Shown: positions 40,412-51,075, counted from the first letter of the stretch. The stretch: DNA of 64,000 nt from Tubiluchus corallicola (GCA_030141605.1 JAQGDQ010000537.1:1-64000); one strand, 5' to 3'. Numbers and translations are program-made. The notes: generated by a model from the letters alone, not told the origin.

Positions 40412-40421
40412 GTAAGTAATG

Positions 40422-41228
40422 AGCAAAACCGGACCCAATCTTAAACTGTAGGTCAAAACAATCTACTCTTTAAGTGAAAGGAAACACACTATTTTTTTCA
40501 AAAATGACTTACGTGAATTATTACCACACAAACACAATTTCATGTTCGCGCCACTAGTTCTTCGCTGTTACACGCATTTTGCCATTCGCTAGTTAGACGG
40601 GCACTAGCGCCTGCATTTCGGAAACGCATTGTACAGAAAATATGTGCTGTACCTCTCAGTTCAGATGTGTTAGTTTGTGACGAACTGCACACGTTCGACA
40701 ATTCATGCGTGAGCACATCGTGACTTCTCGTAAGCGCATCGTGACTTTTCGTAAGCGCATCGTGACTTTTCGTAAGAACATCGTGACTCTTCGTAAGCGC
40801 ATCGTGACTTTTCGTAAGCGCATCGTGACTTTTCGTAAGCACATCGTGACTCTTCGTAAGCGCATCGTGACTTTTCGTAAACGCGTGCTGCTTAAACTAA
40901 TTCAAACTTCTGCAGCTTACCTAATGTTCATATCAAAATGTTCATGACAGTTAGCCATCTGATTTTTTTTGTAAAAACGTATTATACTTGACAATTATAC
41001 TATAACAAATTAGCAACGCTGCTTTTCTTCAGCCGATGAATGACGTCATTGGTGGAAGAACGGGCACTCAAAATGTGAAAATCTAAGCGTGAAATAATAC
41101 CGACTTTAAAGTGATTTTACTAATTACACAAGGCGCTTATCATGTAAACGCCTTTAGTAATAAATCATTTAAACATTTTTCCTGAACAGTGAAACAAGCT
41201 TAACTTCCCAGAAGGCTTGCCTTTTCCT
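40422..41228. mobile_element. Chimeric family A/B MITE joined by a 21-bp tandem array
   Basis: A-type end AGCAAAACCGG at 40422 and A body to ~40716; (CATCGTGACTTTTCGTAAGCG) x ~7.5 to 40880; then B body ending CTTGCCTTTTCCT|TTAA. Confidence 0.85.
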
Positions 41229-41329
41229 TTAAATCACAACAAATCCCTCCAGTTACATAAAGCTTAAAAAATTCGTCTTGAAATTTTATACCACTTATGT
41301 ACTGCCTTTTTGCATGCACGGCTTGCGTC

Positions 41330-41685
41330 GGCAGTAACGCTGTATAAAACTTGTAAATTTAATCTCCCGCGATGACGTTAGGCGCAGCCTTTTGTGTGGT
41401 AGGTCATTTGAAACAAGTTTCGATAACATTGTGTAAAGTTTGAAAAATAACCAGAGCTTTCGTAGTGCACATGTTGCTAACAAAGTAAAATTTTAAATTA
41501 CTGTATCTTGTCAATAAAATTAAAAATACGTTTTAGTCAGTAACTGGCGCACCCTGGAGGTGAGTTAGCGACATTTTACCAATTGGCACGAACATTTTAA
41601 ATTATTATTTCTAGTTACATAAGTCTTTCCAGCAGGTAAGCTGAATGCTAAGTCATATAGATTTGCATGGAAAGTTTTTTGGAAC
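41330..41685. mobile_element. Family D interspersed repeat
   Basis: Aligns with 14213-14580. Confidence 0.75.
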
Positions 41686-42108
41686 ATAATTTAACATTTC
41701 TTTCCTTTGATTTGCGTTTGCGTAGTGACGTCATGTAATGACGTCAACGGAACAGTATCGCGGGAGATTTAAAATGAAAACAAACAAAAATCCTTTTAAC
41801 GCGAATAACAATATACGCACAAAATTGCTGTACAGTAATATAATTTTTGGAGGCGATTTTTCTGAAACCTACTTTAGGTACCCCTTTTCTTATCCTTTGA
41901 TGAAACTTTTTGCTTTTAAATTAATACAGGTGACACATTTTGACAAGTTGTTTACAGAATGACAGCCTATTCCACGTTGCAATGCAAGTTTTTCGTCGGC
42001 AGTGTCTTAGTTTAGTTGCTGTAAAACTGTGTTAGAATAGTAGTTCCATCAGTTTTGTTGTATTTATAATTGCATCTCAGTTAGCACAATAACCTTCTTT
42101 GCTTGTAG

Positions 42109-42241
42109 GTTCAAAGAAAAACTACAAATCCAGTCTATAAGGAACGATTTCTGTTTTCCATTGAACCTAGCGAGTTGGACCAGCAAACCGTCCAGTTTTG
42201 CGTTTACGGAAACGACAAATTTCAGAGAAATGTGCTCATAG
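42109..42241 (+). CDS. Syt12: Synaptotagmin-12-like, coding exon 5 (C2A)
   Basis: Acceptor cttgtag. Encodes VQRKTTNPVYKERFLFSIEPSELDQQTVQFCVYGNDKFQRNVLI-G. Phase-1 donor GTGAGA at 42242. Confidence 0.93.
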
Positions 42242-42288
42242 GTGAGAAAATGCATCACCGTTTCCAGCTGCCATGATGATGTTGAATA

Positions 42289-42530
42289 AGCCTTTTCACA
42301 GTTCCAGCGATTGATGATAATCGTGAAAATGTCAAAGGTTAAGTGTACCAGACAAAACATTTGTGTACACTTAACAACGCCTCGCAGCCCATGCTGTTGT
42401 AATAGTAACAGTTTTAGCAACTAGCTAGAGCCTTACCTAGTTCATTTTTTCTAGTTCCCAAGCAAGATCCTGCTAGTAAATCACTCTACACGCAGACTAA
42501 TGCATAATCAAGTAAAGTCCACGTAAAACT
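42289..42530. mobile_element. Family C MITE, truncated
   Basis: Starts TA|AGCCTTTTCACAGTT; right end missing. Confidence 0.85.
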
Positions 42531-42735
42531 GCGATGTTTAAACGTCTCTGCGTATGTACATTACAGACGCCTGTCCCGGTGTATAATTATGCTTAATCGA
42601 AATCGAATACAGCAAGGACAGACACAGATCGTACAATTTTTCATTGGTACCGGAAGTCAACTTTCTAGACGATTAAAAGATCAATTTTTCAGGACTCGTA
42701 CTAATATGATACAGCGTAGTGAGTTAGGAGGAATA

Positions 42736-43112
42736 AGCCTTTTCACAGTTCCAGCGATTGATGATCGTGAAAAGGTCAAAGGTTAAGTGTAACCAGACAA
42801 TACGTTTATGTACACTTAACAATACCTCGCAGCCCATGCTGTTATAATAGTAACAGTTTTAACAGATATCTAGAACCTTACCTAGTTCATTTTTTCATGT
42901 TTCCAAGCAAGATCTTGCTAGTAAATCACTCTACACGCAGACTAATGCATAATTAACCAAGTCCACGTAAAATAACTGAAGTTACTGAACTGATGCAGGA
43001 GACTACTTTCTTTTTCCAATTCATCACGTGACGGCTGTAGTTAGACACCTGATACGCTTAACGTTTAACCTGTAACAACTGCGCTTTCGCACAACGAAAC
43101 TGTGAAAAGGCT
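42736..43112. mobile_element. Family C MITE, full copy
   Basis: TA|AGCCTTTTCACAGTT...AACTGTGAAAAGGCT|TA, a perfect 15-bp TIR. Confidence 0.9.
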
Positions 43113-43128
43113 TATTCTTGTTTTGTCA

Positions 43129-43520
43129 CCGGAAGTGGTGCTGGCAAGGCACTAACATAACAGTGTCTAGTTTTTTGCTGCATCACTGCTGTGTTTAAAA
43201 GTCTTGAGGGCAGATTTCGTTTATTTTAGAATTCTGCCTGCCCATGTATACAACAGACATAACGGGCATATGATGATGATGATGATGACGATGATGTGTA
43301 TTGTACTCGGAAGTGGTGCTGGCATAACAGTGTCTAGTTTTTTGCTGCATTACGTCTGTGTTTACCAGTCTTGAGGGCAGATTTCGTTTATTTTAGAATT
43401 CTGCCTGCCCGAAGTCTACAACAGACGTAACGGGCATATGATGATGATGACGACGACGATGATGATGGTGACTACGACGATAGCGATGATGATGATGACA
43501 ACGACGACGACGATGATGAT
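43129..43520. repeat. ~180-bp direct duplication, each copy ending in a (GAT)n tail
   Basis: CGGAAGTGGTGCTGGC...AACGGGCATATGATGATG at ~43130 and ~43308. Confidence 0.9.
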
Positions 43521-44051
43521 TATGAAGTGCGAAAGGGTTAAAATGTCACATCTAGAGTAAAGTCCAGTTCGTTTGACAAGCTTTACGTTTTTGCAACCTT
43601 ACACGGGTGACCTTGATTGGACAATGAAGGTCAACCAACAGCCTCACGTTAAATGCACTTAGGCTTCCACACGAATAATGCTAAATGGCTTCATATAATC
43701 GTGTTACGGTTTTTAAACTATTATCAGCTACTCAGCATCGTCACGGAAACAGTTTTATGAAATGCCAAACTGTCAGTTTCTTTTTCGAATGACGATCCAA
43801 TCCCTGCTGGATTGTGCTGCGATGTTCCCGGGGGATGATTCCCAGCTGAATGAATCCGCCAGAATTGATAAATATCAGCGGTCACATTCGTAGAACCTTG
43901 AATATCATGAGCTTACATTGAAGATTTTCATTTATAAAAGAAGACGATTTCAGGTTATATCATGTGCAACAATAGAGTATAATTAGGCAATTATGAACCA
44001 AGGGTAAATTAGACGTTCAAAATTAGGCGTCGAAAAAAAGATGGATTAATA

Positions 44052-44263
44052 AGCCGTTTCACAGTTTCGTTGTGCGCATGCGCATTTGCTGTATGTCAAA
44101 GGTTAAATGTACCACAGCCACGCGTTTTAAATACAACCGTCACGTGAATGGGGGTAAAGCAAAGCCGTCTGGTATATTAGTTCAGTAATTTCAGTTGTTT
44201 TACGTGAATTTTACTTAATTATGTATTTGTCTGTGCATGGTGCGATTTACTAGCAGGATCTTG
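44052..44263. mobile_element. Family C MITE, reverse orientation, truncated
   Basis: Starts TA|AGCCGTTTCACAGTTTCG; reverse complement of the right half of 42736-43112. Confidence 0.82.
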
Positions 44264-44448
44264 TATTTTAAAATATCCGTGACACTTGACGACACTGTAT
44301 CGCAATCCCAGTGTCCACCACTGGTTCACCAAAAGACATTATTGATGTTACTGACAATGCAAACTAATTTAAACTTTTGCTTAGTTAGTGAAGAATATGC
44401 TGCGAATGCTCTGATTATTTTTTCAAACTTTTTGCAACGTTATCTAAA

Positions 44449-45167
44449 ATTTTTATAGTTAAAGCCCCACAACTTTTTAATTTACATAGTTAAAAATCCT
44501 GTCAAACGTTTCCACAGAGCTGCTGCTGTCATCATCAGTGGTAAATTTTTACAAACATACAACCAGTTTATATAGGCAGAGCCTACAGTATAGAATATTA
44601 TGCACTAATTATGTATTTAACAGAAGCCAAATAGGTAATAAACAAGCAGACTTGTAGAAAAGAAATTGATACAGTAAATTGTGCACTAATTATGTATTTA
44701 ACAGAAGCCAAATAGGTAATAAACAAGCAGACTTGTAGAAAAGAAATTGATACAGTAAATTGTGCACTAATTATGTATTTAACAGAAGCCAAATAGGTAA
44801 TAAACAAGCAGACTTGTAGAAAAGAAATTGATACAGTAAATTGTGCACTAATTATGTATTTAACAGAAGCCAAATAGGTAATAAATAAGCAGACCTGTAG
44901 AAAAGAAATTAATACAGTAAATTATGCACTAATTATGTATTTAACGAAAGCCAAATAGGTAATGATTAAGCAGACCTGTAGAAAAGAAATTGTTACAGTA
45001 AATTATGCACTAATTACTGGTTGTATGTTTGTAAAAATTCAGCACTGATGATGAGAGCAGTAGCTCTGTCGAAACGTTTGACATGATTTTTTAACTATGT
45101 AAATTAAAAGTTTTAATAAAGTTGTGGTGTTTTAACTACAAATGTTTTTAAGTGCCTGTAATAAAAA
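44449..45167 (-). mobile_element. Penelope-like pLTR remnant with inverted arms, inserted in a family D copy
   Basis: Homologous to 51076-51380 and 23165-23363. Inverted arms ~44456-44567 / 45016-45142; internal 81-bp unit x5 (44597-45015); TSD TATCTAAA at 44441-48 and 45168-75. Confidence 0.8.
45042..45082 (+). ncRNA. Minimal hammerhead-ribozyme-like motif (Penelope-associated)
   Basis: CA-CTGATGA-T-GAGAG-CAGTAGCT-CTGTC-GAAAC-GTT-TG, with palindromic AAACGTTT at the helix III position. Sister copies on the minus strand at 44501-44543 and 51144-51181. Confidence 0.55.
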
Positions 45168-45442
45168 TATCTAAACTTGTTTTAAACGACTTACCGTCGC
45201 TTTGGCTGCGCCTAATGAGTCATCGCTGGAGTTTAAGTTTACAAGTTTTATGTAGCGTTACTGTTAACGCAAGCCCTATACGGGCGTAACTATATGTAAC
45301 TAAAGTATATGTATATGTGTAAGTAAAGTCAAAGAGAATTTCTTAAGCTTTGTTTATGAAGAGTTTACTTGTGTTTTAAATGACTGACTGTAAAGCTTCA
45401 TTGGTCAATCCAAACTGAAGATTTTATTATATCGTTTCGCAG

Positions 45443-45522
45443 GTGATGCCCAGGTGAAACTTAGTGATATTGATCTTATTAGGCCATTTAGCACCTGGTT
45501 TTACCTCAGAGACGCATCAGTG
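45443..45522 (+). CDS. Syt12: Synaptotagmin-12-like, coding exon 6 (C2A end)
   Basis: Acceptor ttcgcag. Encodes GDAQVKLSDIDLIRPFSTWFYLRDASV (cf. SYT12 LKLSVLDL..PFSGWLYLQD). Phase-0 donor GTAAGT at 45523. Confidence 0.93.
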
Positions 45523-46040
45523 GTAAGTACAGAGAATAATTGTGATGTTGCAAAATTATTTTAGCTTATTTATGTTTTCGTAGATGGTTTAAAAGCTTGA
45601 CTGCAGGAAATGAAATGTGAAAAAAAAATCTGTGAAAAATGTGAAATGGAATGGGCACAGATTTGAACTGTGGACTTTTGTATTACAAGTCGAACACCAT
45701 GACTACTGTATATAGAGTGGCCTAGGATTGAATTAAGACTTACTATTACTATTTGTTATGGAGTCTTGAATATGTGCAGTGCTTTGGTCACTTGCTTATA
45801 ATTCAAAAGTCACTGTTTCAAGTCCAGGTTTAGTCCCATTTTTATATTAATTTCTAATTCGGTCAATTTTTTCTTCAAAATTTTAATATTTATAGGTTTA
45901 TTGTGATCATTAATCAATAACTTTGAAATTTAGATTCTAATTACTTAGTTATACAAGGTAGTGAAGTTCACCACGTTGCAGTAACAAATTATTGATTTTT
46001 TCAGTAAAGTAAACTTACCTCTTGTTTTTTCTCTTTTCAG

Positions 46041-46161
46041 AAACAAGATGATTTAGGTGACTTGATGTTTTCGCTTTCTTATCTTCCCACTGCTGAGCGA
46101 CTGACGGTTGTCATAGTCAAAGCTAGGAACCTCCAATATGCAGAGCAGAAGAAGGCAGGGG
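46041..46161 (+). CDS. Syt12: Synaptotagmin-12-like, coding exon 7 (C2B start)
   Basis: Acceptor ttttcag. Encodes KQDDLGDLMFSLSYLPTAERLTVVIVKARNLQYAEQKKAG. Phase-1 donor GTGAGA at 46162. Confidence 0.95.
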
Positions 46162-46261
46162 GTGAGATCTCTAAGCGCAATTTTTCAGAGTTACTTTTAC
46201 AGGAAAATGGGAAACTGCTGAAAAACTTAACTGTCTCAAGTTCATTAGAGCCACTATATTT

Positions 46262-47280
46262 TAAAGACATGGTTATTTATTTCAACACAATTACATTGTC
46301 ATTTATTCCAACACAAAAACATGATCATTTTTTCCAATTCAAAGACATGGTTATTTATTCCAACACAAAGACATGATCATTTATTCCAGCACAATCATCT
46401 GCAACTTTGCAGCCAAAACATGGTCATGATCATGCAATTCTACCTAATAAAAATATAATGTATAAAAATTAATATTGAGATTCAAAAATCCACATAGTTA
46501 AAAGCAAATAAAATCAATTTCTAAATAGTAAACTTACAGGTGACAGAAAATAAGGTTATGTTACTCCAACACAATTCGTTCTCTGACTAAACGCTATAAA
46601 AGACCATAGAAAAGGCTGAGGCAGTTCCACAACAGAAACATTTCCACTAATTAATGTTTGTGAACTATAATAATTCATTTTACACATTATGTTTTTAATA
46701 GGCAGAAATTTGTGATTATGAGCATGTTGTGTTTGAAATGTTGCAGATGAATAGCCATGTCTTTGTGTTGGAATGAATAGCCACGCCCCTGTGTTGGAAT
46801 AAATAGCCATGCCCCTGTGTTGGAATAAATAGCCATGTCTTTGTGTTGGAATAAATAGACATGTCTTTGTGTTGGAATGAATAGCCATGCCCCTGTGTTG
46901 GAATAAATAGCCATGCCCCTGTGTTGGAATAAATAGCCATGTCTTTGTGATGGAATGAATAGCCATGTCTTTGTGTTGGAATAAATAGAAATGTCTTTGT
47001 GTTGGAATGAATAGCCATGCCCCTGTGTTGGAATAAATAGCCATGCCCCTGTGTTGGAATAAATAGCCATGTCTTTGTGATGGAATGAATAGCCATGTCT
47101 TTGTGTTGGAATAAATAGACATGTCTTTGTGATGGAATGAATAACCATGTCTTTGTGTTGGAATGAATAGCCATGTCTTTGTGATGGAATGAATAACCAT
47201 GTCTTTGTGTTGGAATAAATAGACATGTCTTTGTGTTGGAATGAATAGCCATGCCCCTGTGTTGGAATGAATAGTCCATG
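46262..47280. repeat. Fold-back structure with 26-bp minisatellite arms
   Basis: About 5 degenerate units at 46262-46390 and ~20 inverted units at 46749-47280. Unique inner arms 46395-46475 and 46668-46750 are also inverted. Confidence 0.85.
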
Positions 47281-47393
47281 TAAATTTGTGGACTAGTCTG
47301 GATTTGAACCCAAGACATGGGATTAGTACTGGGATGCTGAGCTGTCATGCAGTCAGTACTGAGACCTGGGATACAGATACAGGCTCTCATACT

Positions 47394-47465
47394 GGGCTGG
47401 TAGCTTAGATGGTAGAGAGTGCGAGTACTAATCACAGGTCTCGAGTTCAAATCTCGACTAGTCCA
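47394..47465 (+). pseudogene. tRNA-derived sequence (SINE-head-like / tRNA pseudogene)
   Basis: Acceptor stem GGGCTGG/CTAGTCC, A box TAGCTTAGATGG, B box GAGTTCAAATC. D and anticodon stems are mismatched and the loop GT-ACT-AA is non-canonical. Confidence 0.7.
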
Positions 47466-47687
47466 CAATTTTTCAGTGTATGCAACTCATTACCCGCGAT
47501 GGGTAATAATTGGTAAAATAAACTGCAATGGTTTATATAAATTTTGGCATTCACAATCATAATTAATTAATAATATCTTTAATTGCCAGCTAATTTGGGA
47601 TTATATAATTTAATTGAAACCTTTTTAAAGTAATTTAATACAATTCAGATTCGGAATCCAAGCTCCCCCATTCATAAATCAGCAATA

Positions 47688-47745
47688 CAGTAAGTCCTTG
47701 CTTAACGATGCTCCGCTCTTAGCAATGTTTCGTTTAACGACGCCA
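47688..47745. mobile_element. Tc1/pogo-like MITE terminal fragment just upstream of the exon 8 acceptor
   Basis: TA|CAGTAAGTCCTTGCTTAACGA matches the TIR of 62182-62897. Confidence 0.65.
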
Positions 47746-47770
47746 ATCTTTGAATCTTTTGAATTTATAG

Positions 47771-47904
47771 ATTCGTTTGTAAAAGTTTATCTGTTGCAAA
47801 GCGGAAAGAAGTTGAACAAGAAGAAAACAACAACTAAACGCAGCGAATCAAATCCTATCTTCAATGAAGCCATGATTTTCAACGTTTCTGCTCAGACTTT
47901 ACAG
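47771..47904 (+). CDS. Syt12: Synaptotagmin-12-like, coding exon 8 (C2B, polybasic strand)
   Basis: Acceptor ttatag. Encodes DSFVKVYLLQSGKKLNKKKTTTKRSESNPIFNEAMIFNVSAQTLQ (VKVYLLQ and FNEAMIF are SYT12-typical). Phase-0 donor GTAAAA at 47905. Confidence 0.95.
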
Positions 47905-47922
47905 GTAAAATCATCAGTTTTT

Positions 47923-48498
47923 ATGATTCATGACTTTTCATATACTGCCCCATTTTCAAGTCTGATAAAAAGTACACATTTTAACACAATTAATACTGCA
48001 AAAGAATTTCTGATAACTAAATAATGGATTAAAATCTTAATTGACGCCGGACGAGCCCAACTATTGATGTCATCACAAACTACCATAATTTTCAACGGCA
48101 AAAATATTTCACGAGCGTGTTGTACGTGTTTGTGAAAGCGAAAATTGAAGTACAGTGCTATAAGGTATTCAGTGTGTTGTACTAAAACCAGGCAAGTTTT
48201 AAGATAAAAATTCAAATTTCAAATTTACCGCTGTCAAACGTGCGTAGTTCGTCACAAACTAACACGTCTGAACTGAGAGGTACAGCACCTGTTTTTTGTG
48301 CAATGCTTTTTCGAAATGCAGACCCTAGTGCCCATCTAACTAGCGAATGTCGAAATGCATGTAACAGCGAAGAACTAGTAGCGCGAACGTGAAATTGCGT
48401 TTGTGTGGTAATAATTCTTTCACGTAAGTAATTTTTGAGAAAAAATTAGTATGTTAGTATGTTTTGACCTGCAGTTTAACAATGGGCCCGTTTTCGCT
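47923..48498. mobile_element. Family A copy in Syt12 intron 8 (opposite orientation to the 40422 copy)
   Basis: Co-linear with 13250-13834; ends CCGTTTTCGCT|ATAA. Confidence 0.85.
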
Positions 48499-48827
48499 AT
48501 AAGCTTGCTACAAGTTTCTTTGTTTTTTTACAGTTTACCAAGCGGGACAATTGGCAACACATTAAATGTTATTAAATGCTAAAACTTTTCAAAAACACTA
48601 TGGCATATATAGTAACAATAGTGTGTGCTTAGCAGCAAATGTAAGCAATGTTAAGGCTGTTTGGTAAATGGATTGGTGACCATCTGTTTGTCTCATTCAG
48701 ATCTTATCACATCAAAGCGCAGCTTGTTTTCCTTTAATACCAACACACCACAGAATTACTTTGGTATTTATACATTGAAGTACGTTTTTGATTTATTCTA
48801 ATTTTCTTAAACATTTTAAATTTTCAG

Positions 48828-48998
48828 GCCATTCAACTGCGAGTGACGGTGAGCGAAATATCGGAAGACGGCACTCAGCTCACAATAGGTCACGTGATTA
48901 TTGGATCCAACACCAGCGGTAAAACATTATCACATTGGAATCAAATGATGACGTCACTACGTAAACCTATAGCTATGTGGCATAGCTTGCGCAAATAG
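48828..48998 (+). CDS. Syt12: Synaptotagmin-12-like, coding exon 9 (C2B end, stop)
   Basis: Acceptor ttttcag. Encodes AIQLRVTVSEISEDGTQLTIGHVIIGSNTSGKTLSHWNQMMTSLRKPIAMWHSLRK, then TAG at 48996-48998. Carries the synaptotagmin WHxL C-terminal motif. Spliced CDS totals 1323 nt. Confidence 0.95.
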   Translation, partial: AIQLRVTVSEISEDGTQLTIGHVIIGSNTSGKTLSHWNQMMTSLRKPIAMWHSLRK

Positions 48999-49007
48999 CC
49001 TTAAACT

Positions 49008-49180
49008 AGAAGAGGAAGAAGAAGAAGAAGAACAACAACAACAACAGCAACAACTACAACAACAACAGCAGCAGCAGCAACAACGACAACGACAACAACA
49101 ACAACAACAACAGCAATGACAACAACAACTACAACAACAACGACGACAACAAGAATGACGATGATGATGACGACAAGAAC
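49008..49180. repeat. (GAA/CAA/GAC)n microsatellite immediately after the Syt12 stop
   Basis: Direct reading. Confidence 0.95.
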
Positions 49181-50150
49181 AGTGCTCAATGGTGATTGGA
49201 GAAACACAACACACGGGACTGTCACAGAATGAAACAATAAGCAACTCAGTAACAGAGTTGTTGCACTTGGCAGAATGTCTGCAGAATTATGAGCTGGACG
49301 TTGCAGAATGTGAGGCTAGTGATAGAGGTTCTTCTATTTTTGATGTCATCATTTGATATTGACTACCACGTGTTGTGTGAGGTTCTCAGACACTTTCCAT
49401 ACAAAGTCGTCAACCGTGTGCAACATTTGTGGGAAAATCAAGGAAAATATTTTATTAATTGATTGTGTATTGATCGTCATCTTCAAAGCCGACATAAGAC
49501 TCTTCCTCTGAGAGTTGCTGCTGCAGGATCTATTCGAGTCTAAACCTCGTTATTTGCGTTACCCGTCCCCGTAGAGCTGTCTTAGACCCCATTGTAGTTG
49601 CTCGTGGCACATCGGTGTAGACACAACCAAGCCGTGCCTTTCCTTGGACTTCCTCAATGTGCTGGTGTTGCGCTGTGTAGCTTCAGAAGTGTAAATCATG
49701 TTACTTGTGTTCAGTATTGTAAATTCCTACCTCGCAAAGGGCTTCTGTCACATGCAAAAAAGTTGTATCGTCGTCCGTGCAAGGATAATTATAAAAGTGT
49801 TGATTTGCTACACGTACCAAGTTGCATTGCACTGCTTTGTTATCAGTCGAAGCACGCCTCGTAATTGTGCAGTGCAGATGGGTATCATTTTTATTTTTAC
49901 TGCTTCTATTTGGAAATCAAGTTATTTTCATTTAGTTTCGTGTAGTTGCACCATTGCATATACTTGTTGCTGTTACAACACAAATGCTTAATTAGCTTAT
50001 TTTACCAAAATACTGTATTTTTCTTGCAAGTTTTACCATATTTATTAGTTTTATTAAATTTCTTGTCAGATGTTTGGGGTTGTGATCAGGCAAAAAACTG
50101 CTTATCGGGAAAATGGCAAAAAATTTTTTCGATTAGTGTGGTCTTTTTTA

Positions 50151-50156
50151 AATAAA
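50151..50156 (+). terminator. Candidate polyadenylation signal for Syt12-like 3' UTR
   Basis: AATAAA about 1.15 kb after the stop, at the end of a unique-sequence tract. AT-rich context makes chance occurrence likely. Confidence 0.3.
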
Positions 50157-50310
50157 AACTCATCTTAGATACTGACTTATTCAAACTCAATGCAGTTCAC
50201 TTGTTTTCATAATTATTCAAAAGTGAGATACATTTACGTATATTTTTTATAATTTGTAAAAGCCGTCAGTTTAATAATGTAAATTGTGTTATAAACTTAT
50301 AGTTTTATGG

Positions 50311-50365
50311 CAACTGATAAGCTAAGTAGCACCAAGCTTGGTTAGTAAGTGGATGTTTGACCATC
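50311..50365 (+). mobile_element. 5S rRNA-derived (SINE3-like) head remnant
   Basis: AAGCTAAGTAG...TGGTTAGTAAGTGGATGTTTGACC resembles the 5S internal control region (AAGCTAAGCAG...TGGTTAGTACTTGGATGGGAGACC). Confidence 0.5.
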
Positions 50366-50620
50366 GCTGAAAAGCTGCTTCTAAGTCGATCTCGTCTAGC
50401 ATACAGGCTATGTTGCCGTGTTGATGGTAGATGTATAAATACCCTATATCTTTGACAGTGGACTCTACAGCCCCCTGTTGACGTAAAATATAATCATCTC
50501 TGTCCTTTGATAATACGCTGTATACGTGGAATTGTCTGCTGCCCAGTAGAAAAGACTTACAAATGCCTACCGCCTATAGTACATGTATTATTATAGAACT
50601 TATATAGATTTATGGTGCAG

Positions 50621-50985
50621 CAGGGGCATAGCCAGGTTCTAAAGTTAGGGGGAGCAAGCACATGAAAAGCCGCAGTGACACATGCCAAACATTTTCTAAC
50701 GCATCGGGTACATTATTGTTATTTTCTGTTTAAAAGGCCTATTACTAGACAATCGCATGACAATAATATATATTATTATAATAATTAGGTTTGGGACAAT
50801 TTGATCTTTTGTTCAGTCAGTCAACTTTGACAAATGAGTTGTATAAATGCACACTCGTGTCAAAAACACAAGAGGCAGGTTGGTCAAGTAAAGTAATGAC
50901 TCCATTGTTGAGAAGGTGACAGTTTTGAAAAATGTGCTTGAGAGGAGCCGTTGCTCCTTTTGCTCCCCTATTAGCTACTCCCATG
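50621..50985. mobile_element. Possible hAT-like MITE
   Basis: Imperfect TIR CAGGGGCATAGC / GCTACTCCCATG with subterminal GGGGGAGCAA / TTGCTCCCC; no clear TSD. Confidence 0.4.
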
Positions 50986-51075
50986 CAGAGAGGGACAACT
51001 CTTCGACTTGGATATGCCCCGAAACAATTCTTCCTGCAATGATCAGGCCTATTGTATTAAAATAATGTTAAAATA

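Noticed and set aside
47394-47465. Functional tRNA-Ser(ACT) gene
   Set aside because: Mismatched D and anticodon stems, G at position 32, a short variable loop incompatible with Ser, and it is paired with an inverted degenerate copy.
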